From Octopus sinensis (taxonomy: Eukaryota): DNA of 64,000 nucleotides. Shown here piece by piece: positions 62,350 to 64,000 of this stretch (positions within the stretch are counted from its first letter, which is position 1; every line of letters begins with the position of its first letter). The position numbers were made by a program, and so were the translations under genes. Below the pieces are notes generated by a model, which made no database searches, was not told where the DNA came from, and saw nothing but the letters and a program-made list of their open reading frames with translations. The stretch lies in assembly GCF_006345805.1 (NCBI RefSeq), contig NC_042998.1, positions 50,406,001-50,470,000 on the forward strand, in the 5' to 3' direction.

Positions 62350-62631
62350 AATTGCAGCGTGGAAGGTGTTTATAAGCCATTTAAGAAACACACAAAAGCC
62401 GTTAGATTCACTTCAACATTTAAATTTAATTCGCCAAAATATTTTCGTCGCTTTGAGACCGCGACCTGTTCGCTGACAATATTCCGTGCTGGATCTGAAT
62501 TTTGTCAGTGAACAGGTCGCGGTCTCAAAGCGACGAAAATATTTTGGCAAATTTAATTTAAATGTTGAAGTGAATCTAATGGTTTTTGTGTGTTTCTTAA
62601 ATGGCTTATAAACACCTTCCACACTGCAATT
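62350..62631. repeat. ~280-bp foldback (two inverted PLE-type termini, short spacer)
   Basis: AATTGCAGCGTGGAAGGTGTTTATAAGCC... paired with ...GGCTTATAAACACCTTCCACACTGCAATT; arms ~130 bp with few mismatches. Confidence 0.9.
62501..62551 (+). ncRNA. Minimal type-I hammerhead with G3:C8 swapped core
   Basis: TTTGTCA-GTGAACA-G-GTCGC(GGTCTCAAA)GCGAC-GAA-AATATT-T-TGGCAAA. Confidence 0.7.
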
Positions 62632-62659
62632 ATATATATGTATATATTTATATTTATAT

Positions 62660-62815
62660 ACACGATGGACTTCCACACACTTTTCGTCTACCAAATTCAC
62701 TCACAAGGCATCAGAACATTAGTCGACCCGAGGTTGTAATAGAAGACCGTACAGTGGGATTGAACTCTAAATGAATTGATTGCAAAGCAACCTTCTAAAC
62801 ACACACCTATACCTG
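62660..62815 (-). mobile_element. SINE family B 5' half
   Basis: TCGTCTACCAAATTCACTCACAAGGC...ACAGTGGGATTGAAC. Confidence 0.7.
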
Positions 62816-62863
62816 CGATAACTGACATATTTCTTGATTTGATTGTGTGCTTGATTTGCTCAC

Positions 62864-63011
62864 GGAAAAGTCCCTTTAATATATCGAGTGTTTAGGGCTA
62901 TTTATCTCTCACCAGACGGAGTAATTTTTTCCGTTGATCTTACCTCGTGGTACAGTATATTTTAATATACATACATACATACATACATATATATACATAT
63001 ATATATATTTG

Positions 63012-63067
<56 letters not shown>

Positions 63068-63195
63068 CAAATATATATATATGTATATATATATGTATGT
63101 ATGTATGTATGTATATTAAAATCAACGGAAAAAATTACTCCGTCTGGTGAGAGATAAATAGCCCTAAACACTCGATATATTAAAGGGACTTTTCC
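62864..63195. repeat. Palindrome centred on (TA)n with 75-bp identical unique arms
   Basis: 62864-62938 is the exact reverse complement of 63121-63195. Confidence 0.9.
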
Positions 63196-63474
63196 ATATA
63201 TATATATAAATGTATATATATGTATACATACATATATATATTATATATATATATTATATATATTATATATATATGTATTTTATGTATGTATGTATGTATG
63301 TATGTATGTATGTATATGTATGTATGTATGTATATTAAAATACACTGTGCCACGGGGTAAGATCAACGAAAAGATTTACTCCGTCTATATATATTTTTAT
63401 GGCTAGTAATAATTTCATGCGATGAAAATGACTCAGGCAGCCTTTTACAAGACACGCAGTCCTATATAAATTCT

Positions 63475-63970
<496 letters not shown>

Positions 63971-64000
63971 TTTCTTTATTAGCCACACAGGGCTGCACAC

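Overview
AT-rich, microsatellite-dense eukaryotic DNA. The SINE families look like those of octopod cephalopods, so this is most likely Octopus (pattern recognition, not a database search). I recognise no host protein-coding gene: nearly all listed ORFs are translated microsatellites, SINE sequence or transposon fragments. The window holds many tRNA-derived SINE copies from about four families and decayed LINEs (CR1-type, RTE, and an R4/Dong-type RLE element inside a (TAA)n tract). It also holds Penelope-like (PLE) remnants, non-autonomous Helitrons, Tc1/mariner derivatives, a Chapaev3-like fragment, a MITE, a 14-bp minisatellite and one 100-N gap. The most interesting signal is a set of hammerhead ribozyme (HHR) motifs in or next to TA-microsatellites and PLE-type remnants. 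Two are type-I HHRs with long stems inside architecturally homologous ~220-260 nt units (40014-40103 minus, 50466-50603 plus). A third sits in a 485-bp unit with direct repeats (44431-44508 minus). A G3:C8-swapped minimal HHR occurs on both arms of a foldback (62350-62631), and there are several minimal PLE-type HHRs. All folds were made by eye and no ribozyme activity is demonstrated. Repeat boundaries are approximate unless TSDs or TIRs are quoted.
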